Sequence record: OR805295.1
Length of the DNA: 64,000 nt
Strand: one strand, 5' to 3'
Each line of letters starts with the position of its first letter. The stretch's first letter is position 1. The notes below the pieces were generated by a model. The model worked only from the letters and a program-made list of their open reading frames with translations, searched no databases and was not told the origin of the DNA. Of this stretch, positions 28,295-36,728 are shown in pieces. The translations under genes were made by a program, and so were the position numbers.

Positions 28295-29969
28295 AGAATA
28301 TTATCAGTCATACGCAAAAGAATTAAAAAAGAATAATAAGAAAGAATACAATCGTATTCTTTCTTTGTATGAGCCCGTATTTGATAAATGGGTTGCATTC
28401 AAGTATTATATAGAAGGAATATCGCCGCCTGTATGTAAAGAATGTGGTAATAGAATAACTGTTTCGGCAAAACAAGCAGAATATCACACAGAATGCAAAT
28501 ATAATAAACACAAGTATTCATTTGATAAATTTATAAAATGCATAGATGATGACCAATACATATATTGTGTGTGGAATGGATATATTCCGACATCTGACAA
28601 TATAACATACAGATGCACTAAACACGGCATAATTGTTCAAAAACTTAGTTCTAGACTAAAAGGTCACAAATGCCAAAAATGTTCAGCTGAGCGTAAAGTA
28701 AGTCTAGATAACTTTAATAACTGGAAAACGCAGTGTTCTAAAATACATAATAATTTTTATGATTATTCTGTATCTACTGATTTTACATTCTTAACAAAAG
28801 ATGTATCTATTAAATGTCCAATACATGGAATATTTAAACAAAAAGCAAACGTCCATCAATCAGGTCACGGTTGTAAAAAATGCTCGTTCGAAGCTATCGG
28901 TCATAAATTATCATATGACACCGATTCTTTTATAGAAAGAAGTAATAACGTTCATAATAATTTTTATGACTATACCAAAACTATATACACTAACATTAGA
29001 GATAAAGTTGTTATAACATGTCCGATACACGGCGACTTTAACCAGATAGCATATTATCATACTGCCGGGCACGGTTGTCAGAAATGCGGTTTAGATAAAG
29101 TAGCAGAAACTACATATAGATCTAAGGCAGAAATAGAAATATTCGATTTAGTTAAATCTTATTGCTCAGATACAATTCATTCATACAATAAATTTGGGTT
29201 CGAATTAGACATATATGTTCCTAGTAAAAATCTTGCAATAGAATATAATGGACTTTATTGGCATTCTTCTAAACACATAGAAACTGATCAAAAATATAAA
29301 ACATACCATCTTGATAAAACCACTACATGTGAACAAAATAATATCCAATTATTACACATTTTCGACAACGAATGGCATACTAAAAAAGATATATGGATCT
29401 CGGTAATAAAAAATAAACTAGGTTTATCTAATAAAATATATGCAAGAAAAACAGAAATTAAAGAAGTTAAGTTCGATGATGCAAAGCAATTCGCCGAAAC
29501 GAATCATTTGCAAGGTCATGCACAATTTCGGCATGCATACGGATTGTATTATTCGGATCAATTAGTTTCTTTATTAACAATTGCAAAGCCCAGGTTTAAT
29601 AAAAATGCAAACTGGGAAATAGTAAGATTTTGTAACCTAAATAACACAAGTGTAATAGGTGGGTTTTCTAAATTATTAAAGGTAGTTTCTTGTAATTTTA
29701 CAGGCAAGATAGTATCATATGCAAATAGGCGCTGGTCTGCTGGAAACGTTTATGAAAAAAACGGATTTGCTAAAACTTCAGTAATAGCTCCTGGATTTTA
29801 TTATACTGACTTCAAAGATACATATAATAGATTATCTTTCTCTAAAGACAAGGCAAAAGTTAAATTAAAAAATTATAATAATTCAGTTAGTGTAGTAGAA
29901 AATATTTACGCAAACGGATATGGCAGGATTTGGGATTCAGGAAATATTGTTTATACAAAGGATTTATAA
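28287..29969 (+). CDS. free-standing putative homing endonuclease between the intein halves (Zn-finger repeats + Vsr-like PD-(D/E)XK + GNAT-like tail)
   Basis: Three C(P/T)xHG.....(H)..GH.C.KC repeats; ELDIYVPSKNLAIEYNGLYWHS; C-terminal SYANRRWSAGNVYEKNGF. ATG 28287 overlaps the polN stop. Confidence 0.85.
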   Translation: MNKEYYQSYAKELKKNNKKEYNRILSLYEPVFDKWVAFKYYIEGISPPVCKECGNRITVSAKQAEYHTECKYNKHKYSFDKFIKCIDDDQYIYCVWNGYIPTSDNITYRCTKHGIIVQKLSSRLKGHKCQKCSAERKVSLDNFNNWKTQCSKIHNNFYDYSVSTDFTFLTKDVSIKCPIHGIFKQKANVHQSGHGCKKCSFEAIGHKLSYDTDSFIERSNNVHNNFYDYTKTIYTNIRDKVVITCPIHGDFNQIAYYHTAGHGCQKCGLDKVAETTYRSKAEIEIFDLVKSYCSDTIHSYNKFGFELDIYVPSKNLAIEYNGLYWHSSKHIETDQKYKTYHLDKTTTCEQNNIQLLHIFDNEWHTKKDIWISVIKNKLGLSNKIYARKTEIKEVKFDDAKQFAETNHLQGHAQFRHAYGLYYSDQLVSLLTIAKPRFNKNANWEIVRFCNLNNTSVIGGFSKLLKVVSCNFTGKIVSYANRRWSAGNVYEKNGFAKTSVIAPGFYYTDFKDTYNRLSFSKDKAKVKLKNYNNSVSVVENIYANGYGRIWDSGNIVYTKDL

Positions 29970-30224
29970 ATGCATAATCTAACAAAACACCTTTTAGGTG
30001 TATTTTCTGCAAAAACAGAAGACGAAGAATATAACAGTGCAAAAAGAGCGTTAGAAGAATTAAACAAAAATATAAAAGAAAGAGATCCTAATAAATTTAA
30101 TGTGTCTTTAGGAAAGGTATCTAAAGTAACTAATTTAGGAAAAAAGAAACAATATGTATACGATATAGGGATGAAAAATCCCGATAATCCGTATTTCTTT
30201 GGAAATAATATATTAGTTCACAAT
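29970..30224 (+). mobile_element. split intein, C half (85 aa, ends His-Asn, +1 Ser, no Cys)
   Basis: Block F VYDI, block G VHN; extein starts at TCT 30225. Confidence 0.92.
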
Positions 30225-31109
30225 TCTTGCTATTTTACTGCATGGCCTGCAGTAAAAGACCTAGTAGAATCTGGCGAAATGGAATGGGATAAAGATACTG
30301 TCATTAAATTATACGACAATGTTTCGTCACAAGTAAGTGATACATTTCCAGAATTTTTAAAACAAACATTTAATGTTCCATATAAAAACTCAGAAGGTGT
30401 TATTAAGTCAGGTAGGGAAATTGTAGCTACTTCTGGTCTTTTTATTAAAAAGAAACGTTATGCTGCTATGATGTATGATAAAGAAGGTACTAGATACGAC
30501 GACGAAAACAGCCCAGGAAAAGTAAAAGCAATGGGTTTAGACTTACGTCGGTCAGATACGCCTAAATTTGTCCAAACATTCCTTATGGAAATTCTAGTTA
30601 TGGTGCTAACACATAAAACAGAAGATGAAGTAATAGAATATATCAGAGAATTTAAAAAAGAATTTAATAAAATGAAACCGTGGGAAAAGGGAATGCCAAA
30701 AGGCGTCAACGGTATCAGTACATATGAAGATAAATTAGAAGAACACATGAATAAAAAGTTAGCAGGAAGAGAGTCTAGAATCACTGTCCCCGGTCACGTG
30801 TCTGCTGCAATGAATTGGAATAAACTAAAGCTTATCAATAAAGACCTACATACTCCTAAAATCTCAGATGGTCAAAAATGTGTTGTTTGCTATTTAAAAG
30901 AAACAGCAGACAATCATTTCACTAGTATAGCATATCCTGTGGATGAATTGCACTTACCAGAATGGTTTACGTCTTTGCCATTTGATGAAGATTTAATGAG
31001 AGAAAAAGTAGTAGATAACAAAGTTAAGAACCTTTTAGGTATTCTAAAATGGGATTTTAGTAAAACAGAAGAAGCTGCTGCACACTTTGATTCGCTGTTT
31101 GGTTGGTAA
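29970..31109 (+). CDS. polB: split-intein C half fused to DNA polymerase B C-terminal part
   Basis: VYDIGM...FFGNNILVHN|SCYF, followed by KKRYA and KVKAMGLDLRRSDTP. Splicing would restore YGDTD-SCYF. Confidence 0.95.
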   Translation: MHNLTKHLLGVFSAKTEDEEYNSAKRALEELNKNIKERDPNKFNVSLGKVSKVTNLGKKKQYVYDIGMKNPDNPYFFGNNILVHNSCYFTAWPAVKDLVESGEMEWDKDTVIKLYDNVSSQVSDTFPEFLKQTFNVPYKNSEGVIKSGREIVATSGLFIKKKRYAAMMYDKEGTRYDDENSPGKVKAMGLDLRRSDTPKFVQTFLMEILVMVLTHKTEDEVIEYIREFKKEFNKMKPWEKGMPKGVNGISTYEDKLEEHMNKKLAGRESRITVPGHVSAAMNWNKLKLINKDLHTPKISDGQKCVVCYLKETADNHFTSIAYPVDELHLPEWFTSLPFDEDLMREKVVDNKVKNLLGILKWDFSKTEEAAAHFDSLFGW

Positions 31110-31131
31110 TCAAAAACTATACTTTGTACAC

Positions 31132-31160
31132 TTGCATTATGAAAATATTTAATGTATAAT
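31132..31160 (+). promoter_or_regulatory. sigma70-type promoter
   Basis: TTGCAT-17 bp-TATAAT. Confidence 0.7.
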
Positions 31161-31189
31161 TCACACACATCTTAGGAGAATAATAAGTA

Positions 31190-31936
31190 ATGATTGTAGA
31201 CAATTTAAAGGACGTAGTTCGTAACACTCACGGTTTAGGTTTTATAGATACTGTTAAAATTATCGGTTCTGTAAATGAAACTAAATTAGAAGCTATGTCA
31301 ACTAATAAAACTGTAGTTATGTACGGTTCTTTAAAAAAATCCATTCCGGGGTTAGACGATACTGTAGGTTTAAGTAGAATGTCTGTACTGAGCGGTATGT
31401 TAAATTTCCCACCATATTCGGGAGATGATGCTGAAGTTTCTATTAAGAAACAAGAACGTAACGGTGAAGAAATTCCTGCAGAAATTGTATTTTCTTCTTC
31501 GACGGGTCATAAATCGTCGTACCGGTTTATGGCACGAGATACAGTAGATGAAGTGCTAAAAGTTCCGCCGTTTAGAGGAGTTGTGTGGGATATAGTTATT
31601 CAACCTACTAAGCAAGCGATGAAAGATCTTCAATACTTTAGTGCTGTACTGGGTTCTTATGAATCTAACTTTTTAGTTAAAGTAACAGACGGTGTTTTAG
31701 AATTCCACATAGGTACTGGTGCTACTAGCGACCGTACTGTTGTACCATTTGCAAAAGATGTCAAGAGCACATTACGCAATAACTGGTCCTGGCCATTACC
31801 GGAAGTGTTAGCAATTCTAAAAAACGCAGATAGTGGCAAATGTACTATGTCTATTTCTAGTCAGGGTGCATTGATGATTGAACTCGACACTGGGCTAATA
31901 GAAGTTCAATATATTCTTCCTGCAAAAAGTGCATAA
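31190..31936 (+). CDS. putative sliding clamp / polymerase processivity factor
   Basis: 248 aa (clamp-like size), alternating beta/alpha pattern, directly after the polymerase. No diagnostic motif. Confidence 0.45.
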   Translation: MIVDNLKDVVRNTHGLGFIDTVKIIGSVNETKLEAMSTNKTVVMYGSLKKSIPGLDDTVGLSRMSVLSGMLNFPPYSGDDAEVSIKKQERNGEEIPAEIVFSSSTGHKSSYRFMARDTVDEVLKVPPFRGVVWDIVIQPTKQAMKDLQYFSAVLGSYESNFLVKVTDGVLEFHIGTGATSDRTVVPFAKDVKSTLRNNWSWPLPEVLAILKNADSGKCTMSISSQGALMIELDTGLIEVQYILPAKSA

Positions 31937-31939
31937 ATA

Positions 31940-32200
31940 ATGATCTTACCTGCTCGTAAATTAGTTAAATTGCAATACTATATTGTACAGGAATCTTACA
32001 ATTCTATAGGTAGACCAATAACTACAGTTACTCTTGTATACAGAAAATATATATTTTTTACAAAGAAAGAAAAAATTATATTCGAGCGTATTAAGAAAAC
32101 AGACAATTTGTATTATAAACAAGAATCCGAAAAAGAGTTGTGTGAACAACTAAGTGTATGGGCAAAAAGAACATTAAAAATATATGATATAGGGCAATAA
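31940..32200 (+). CDS. hypothetical protein
   Basis: 86-aa ORF in operon position. Confidence 0.55.
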   Translation: MILPARKLVKLQYYIVQESYNSIGRPITTVTLVYRKYIFFTKKEKIIFERIKKTDNLYYKQESEKELCEQLSVWAKRTLKIYDIGQ

Positions 32201-32215
32201 TTGCCCTATATTTTT
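32187..32215 (+). terminator. intrinsic terminator
   Basis: atatagggcaat-aa-ttgccctatattttt. Confidence 0.75.
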
Positions 32216-32272
32216 CATTTATAAATGAATTAACCTAAATACATATGCACTAAAGAATAATTAAGGAATATA

Positions 32273-33895
32273 ATGAAAAATTTATCAAACAGTCAAAAAG
32301 ATTATGCGATCTATTTGCCTGCAATTAGTGGGTTTTACACAAAACAATTAGACAGTTCCATTAACGATCCGTCTACAAGAAAAATACCTAGCTTTCCCAA
32401 TGGATATAATACTCTTAATTTTTTAGATCCATCTAGCGATACTTTCTTTTACGGGTATGGGTTATATTCTGCAGGCCATGCAGAACTGTCTTTATCTAGA
32501 ACTGATGCAAAAGAATGGATGATCCAAGCCAGGGACAAAACACAAACAACAGTTATTGCAGATTCGGGTGGTTTCCAGGTAGCTACTGGTGTAATTAAAT
32601 TAAACTGGGATGATTTTAAAGGAGCTAGCGGAGATAAAATAAGAAATGAAATTTTAAAATGGTGTGAACATACCGCTGACTGGTCAATGACACTAGATGT
32701 TCCTGCGTTTGCTGCTACTCCTCCGTACAGCTCAAAAACCGGTCTTAATAAATTTGAAGATACATTAGATTATTCTCTTCATAATTTACATTATTACATG
32801 AAGAACAGAACTCCAGGCGCAACTAAATTCCTTAGTGTATTATCGGGATCAGACGTAGATACATCTAAGATTTGGTACGACAACGTAAAAGCATTTAGTG
32901 ACCCCGCTAAAGTAGTAGAAATGGGATATCCAGCTAGTCATACACTCGAAGGATATGCATTTGCTGGTATAAACATGAGAAATATGTATTGTGCTCTTTC
33001 TCGATTCTTAGATCTAATAGATGATAATATTATTTCAGATAAAAACTGGATACACTTTCTCGGACTAGGCAGGACCGATTGGGCTTGTTTCTTAACATCT
33101 ATTCAACGAAATATAAGAAAACATTATAATCCCAATATTAACATAAGTTTTGACGCAGCTTCTCCGTTTGTTTCTGTAGCATACGGCCTTGCATATAACT
33201 ATAATTATTTTAATCCTAAACGGTGGGGATATAATATGGATTCTGCCCCGGACAGTAGAGAGTTTAGTGATAAAGATATTCCTATGCCGTTTATGAGTCC
33301 TATTATGGAAAAATTATCATTAAAAGATATATGTCCATATCACAACGGTTATGGTATAATAAATGGTGTTAAAAATGCAAACTTTACAAAAGAAGATGTA
33401 GAAACTGCTCTCAAAGAAGGAAAAGATGCAGAATACGTGCCACCGAGTGCAAATAAAAATGGTAAAGTAGGTAAAACCAGTTGGGATTCACTTAGTTACT
33501 TATTAATAATGAATCACAATGTTTACAATCATATAGCTGCAATCCAAGAATCTAATAGATTAGTTGATATAGAACGGTTGCGAGTTAAAGTAGATTACCG
33601 AGATTGGACTAGAGATAAAAAGAAAGGTACTATAGAAGTAAGTAATCACGTCCCTAGTTCGATTTTATACTTTGATCATTTTGTAGAAGTATTGCTAGAT
33701 CCGAGTACTCCTAATAAGCGACAATTACTAGAAGATTATAGACCTATGCTAGACAGCATTAGTTTCGGTAATTATAACTCAAACTCATTTAACAGTCTTT
33801 TTGATGTAGATGCTACTGCAATTGAAGATGAAAATAAGTTTGCAGACATAAACGACGAAAAACTAACCGAATTAGAACAAGGATTAGACAATTAA
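32273..33895 (+). CDS. tRNA-guanine transglycosylase-like protein (DpdA-type candidate)
   Basis: IADSGGFQ, TLDVP, WIHFLG and ISFDAAS align with the TGT barrel motifs. No CxCxxC Zn site. Confidence 0.75.
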   Translation: MKNLSNSQKDYAIYLPAISGFYTKQLDSSINDPSTRKIPSFPNGYNTLNFLDPSSDTFFYGYGLYSAGHAELSLSRTDAKEWMIQARDKTQTTVIADSGGFQVATGVIKLNWDDFKGASGDKIRNEILKWCEHTADWSMTLDVPAFAATPPYSSKTGLNKFEDTLDYSLHNLHYYMKNRTPGATKFLSVLSGSDVDTSKIWYDNVKAFSDPAKVVEMGYPASHTLEGYAFAGINMRNMYCALSRFLDLIDDNIISDKNWIHFLGLGRTDWACFLTSIQRNIRKHYNPNINISFDAASPFVSVAYGLAYNYNYFNPKRWGYNMDSAPDSREFSDKDIPMPFMSPIMEKLSLKDICPYHNGYGIINGVKNANFTKEDVETALKEGKDAEYVPPSANKNGKVGKTSWDSLSYLLIMNHNVYNHIAAIQESNRLVDIERLRVKVDYRDWTRDKKKGTIEVSNHVPSSILYFDHFVEVLLDPSTPNKRQLLEDYRPMLDSISFGNYNSNSFNSLFDVDATAIEDENKFADINDEKLTELEQGLDN

Positions 33896-34956
33896 TGAAA
33901 GTTATAATAATCCCAATCGAATCAATAGAAACTCGGTATACGTCAGAATGGAATACGTTTCTTAAACCGCAACTAAAAAAATATATAAACGAATCCGGTC
34001 TCGATGCAGAAATAGTTCAAATTGATGTAGATTATGTTGACGAAGGCACCTCTGCGGGCGCCTTCCTTAACTTTGCAAATACAAACATATTCAAAAGCAA
34101 TCAATTCATTAAATTAGCAAGTATAATAGAAACTTTAAACGATAACGATGTTGTTCTCTATACAGACGCATGGAATCCCACAGTAGTTCAACTAAATTAC
34201 ATGCGATCGTTAATGAATAAAAAATTTAAAATAATGGGGTTGTGGCACGCCGGTTCGTATGATCCACATGATTTTTTAGGAAGGCACTTTGATAAAAATT
34301 GGTCATATGAATTTGAAAGATCATTATATAATATATATGATGTAAATTTCTATGCAACTAATTTTAGTAAAGATCTCATGATAGATAACCTTTTTGGTAA
34401 AACAGCTAACGTAAACAGACACGATATAGTAGGTTGGCCAATGGAATATTTAGTTGACCAACTTACACCTTCTATTAACAAGACAGATACTGTATTATTT
34501 CCTCATCGAATTTCTCCGGAAAAACAACCAAATATATTTAAAAAATTAAGATCATTACTTCCTAACTACGAGTTTGTTTTTGCACAAGAAACTAAATTAT
34601 CAAAGTCAGAATACCATACACTTCTTAAACGTTCTAAAATTGTCTTTTCGGCTTCGTTGCAAGAAACATTGGGTATAGGTTTCTACGAAGGCGCATTAGT
34701 CGGTGCAATTCCGTTATTGCCTGACCGATTGTCTTATAAAGAAATGACAGAAAATGTAAAAAACAGAAATTTGTATGTATATCCAAATGAATGGACTATT
34801 TCGGAAAATCTGGCAGACCTAAAAAATTTAGTTACCCTAATAGATTATACTATGCGTAATTATAATTTTATAGTAGAAGAAATGAAACTTAATTTACTGC
34901 CCGAATTAAACAAATATTATAACGGAACAGAGTTGTATAAAAGAATTTTAAAATAA
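33895..34956 (+). CDS. GT-B (GT4-like) glycosyltransferase
   Basis: WHAGSYDP, LFPHRISPEKQP, SASLQETLGIGFYEG (E-X7-E). Start overlaps the TGT-like stop (TAATG). Confidence 0.8.
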   Translation: MKVIIIPIESIETRYTSEWNTFLKPQLKKYINESGLDAEIVQIDVDYVDEGTSAGAFLNFANTNIFKSNQFIKLASIIETLNDNDVVLYTDAWNPTVVQLNYMRSLMNKKFKIMGLWHAGSYDPHDFLGRHFDKNWSYEFERSLYNIYDVNFYATNFSKDLMIDNLFGKTANVNRHDIVGWPMEYLVDQLTPSINKTDTVLFPHRISPEKQPNIFKKLRSLLPNYEFVFAQETKLSKSEYHTLLKRSKIVFSASLQETLGIGFYEGALVGAIPLLPDRLSYKEMTENVKNRNLYVYPNEWTISENLADLKNLVTLIDYTMRNYNFIVEEMKLNLLPELNKYYNGTELYKRILK

Positions 34957-35040
34957 TTTCCATTTAATATTCTGCATACAATTTACATTTTAATACGAAA
35001 ACATTATAATATTACAAAATTAAAAATAAGGATTATTTTT

Positions 35041-35418
35041 ATGGGAATTAAACGATGGATCGAAGTTCCTTTTCAAAAAGAAGGAATTCACATGTACCCG
35101 GGTGCAGATAGTAACCCTGCACTAGCTACAAATGATTGGAAAGATGTATCTTTTTTAGGATATCCTCATTTTCATTATTTTTATTTTACTGTTAAAATTG
35201 AAGTTTTTCATAATGAACGAGATATCGAATTTATTCAATTTAGACGGTTCTTAGAAAGACTGTATAGTGAATCTCTGCTAAAACTAGATGGTAAATCTTG
35301 TGAAACAATGGCAGAAGAATTATATGAACAAATTAACATTGTATATCCTAGCAGGGACGTTGTGATTACAGTGGCAGAAGACAATATTAATAAAGCTGTT
35401 TTAGAATTTTTCAAATAA
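35041..35418 (+). CDS. QueD-like T-fold protein
   Basis: EGIH.YP, LGYPHFHYF (HxH metal site), RDIEFIQF, SCETMAE, V.VAED. Confidence 0.7.
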   Translation: MGIKRWIEVPFQKEGIHMYPGADSNPALATNDWKDVSFLGYPHFHYFYFTVKIEVFHNERDIEFIQFRRFLERLYSESLLKLDGKSCETMAEELYEQINIVYPSRDVVITVAEDNINKAVLEFFK

Positions 35419-35432
35419 GCAAGGATGCTATT

Positions 35433-35693
35433 ATGTATAATAAACAACTGTCGGGAATATATACTACTACAACGATAAACTCTATGCCAGCTAGCTACTC
35501 CGGATTAACGGATCTAGGCATGTATGATACAGAACTTTCGGTATTGAGGAAAAAGATAGAACAGATAGAAAAAATGTTGTGCATGTTAGAAGTAGATAAA
35601 TTACTTTCAGAAAAATATCCTGCATTAAAATCTGCATATGACGAATACGAAGTCATATTATCTGTCATAAACGGTACGGAGAAAAAAGAGTAA
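35433..35693 (+). CDS. hypothetical protein
   Basis: 86-aa ORF with AGGA RBS. Confidence 0.6.
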   Translation: MYNKQLSGIYTTTTINSMPASYSGLTDLGMYDTELSVLRKKIEQIEKMLCMLEVDKLLSEKYPALKSAYDEYEVILSVINGTEKKE

Positions 35694-36212
35694 ATGGCAA
35701 TGCGTGTCATTATTACTGGTTGTAACGGTTATGTTGGTAAAACAGTAAGCAAATACTACTATACATTAGGATATAATGTCGTGGGATTTGATTTAATTAA
35801 TTCAAAAAATAGTTACATAACTAATTTTTATCAAACTAGCTATGCATCTAGTATTGCAGAAGATATAATACTCGAATCTGATGCAGACACGTTTATTCAT
35901 TGTGCTGTAGAAAAAAGCAATACATTACAACAACATTTCTACCACAATAGTATTCAATTTATAAACTTATTATCAGTATTAAAAAATACTTCTATAAAAG
36001 AAATAATAGTATTTAGAAATAAAAGTGCAGAAAATAATGATGCCCTTTTAAAACTCTCTAATAACACTAATAAAGACTATTTAGAAGAATTTTCTAAATC
36101 GACAGGAATTAATTCAAAAATATATAATTTGTTAGATAAGAATAATGAACAACACATTATAGAATTAGTACAACCGTATTTAGAATTAAGTAAACACTTT
36201 TATATATTTTAA
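35694..36212 (+). CDS. truncated NAD-dependent epimerase/SDR-like protein
   Basis: IITGCNGYVG Rossmann motif and FIHCA. Only 172 aa; no YxxxK seen. Confidence 0.6.
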   Translation: MAMRVIITGCNGYVGKTVSKYYYTLGYNVVGFDLINSKNSYITNFYQTSYASSIAEDIILESDADTFIHCAVEKSNTLQQHFYHNSIQFINLLSVLKNTSIKEIIVFRNKSAENNDALLKLSNNTNKDYLEEFSKSTGINSKIYNLLDKNNEQHIIELVQPYLELSKHFYIF

Positions 36213-36223
36213 GGAGATATTAT

Positions 36224-36658
36224 ATGTACGATAAAAATTTTGTATCAATGGATCAAATGCCAGTTATTGTCAGTGACTTAGTTAGTGATATAGACGAAGC
36301 AGGAATTTCTCCTAAAGTTATTATTGCTATTAGCAAAGGTGGACTAATTCCTGCCACTATGATTAGCTATTATTATGATTGCCCTATTGTAACATACGAT
36401 CCGGTAGAAGATTGTTTTAGTACAAATAATGACATAAGTTCTGAATGCATTATCGTAGATGATGTTATTGACACCGGTAATACTGTAAATTCTGTTATTT
36501 CTTTGTTAGAAGACGAATTCTTTTTTACGAAAGAAGACATTAGTAGAATTAGAGTAGCATCAATATTTGCAACAAGAAATAATACAATTGTAGATTTTTA
36601 TCATGATGAAATAAGTTACCATGATTCGGTAAGTTTTGAATTTAAACAATTTATTTAA
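36224..36658 (+). CDS. type I phosphoribosyltransferase (purine PRT-like)
   Basis: AISKGGLIPA and PRPP-binding IIVDDVIDTGNT. Confidence 0.85.
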   Translation: MYDKNFVSMDQMPVIVSDLVSDIDEAGISPKVIIAISKGGLIPATMISYYYDCPIVTYDPVEDCFSTNNDISSECIIVDDVIDTGNTVNSVISLLEDEFFFTKEDISRIRVASIFATRNNTIVDFYHDEISYHDSVSFEFKQFI

Positions 36659-36665
36659 TATAAAG

Positions 36666-36698
36666 TTATTCTTTACTTTTAGTATGATTGCGTTTATA
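36666..36698 (+). promoter_or_regulatory. possible sigma70-type promoter for the QueE-like gene
   Basis: TTTACT-17 bp-TATAAT within this interval. Confidence 0.4.
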
Positions 36699-36728
36699 AT
36701 GTATATTATAAAATAAAGCGGATTATGT

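Noticed and set aside
28281-29969. Self-splicing intron as the explanation for the polB break
   Set aside because: The endonuclease ORF abuts both polB parts with no spare sequence for a ribozyme core, and both flanks carry intein motifs.
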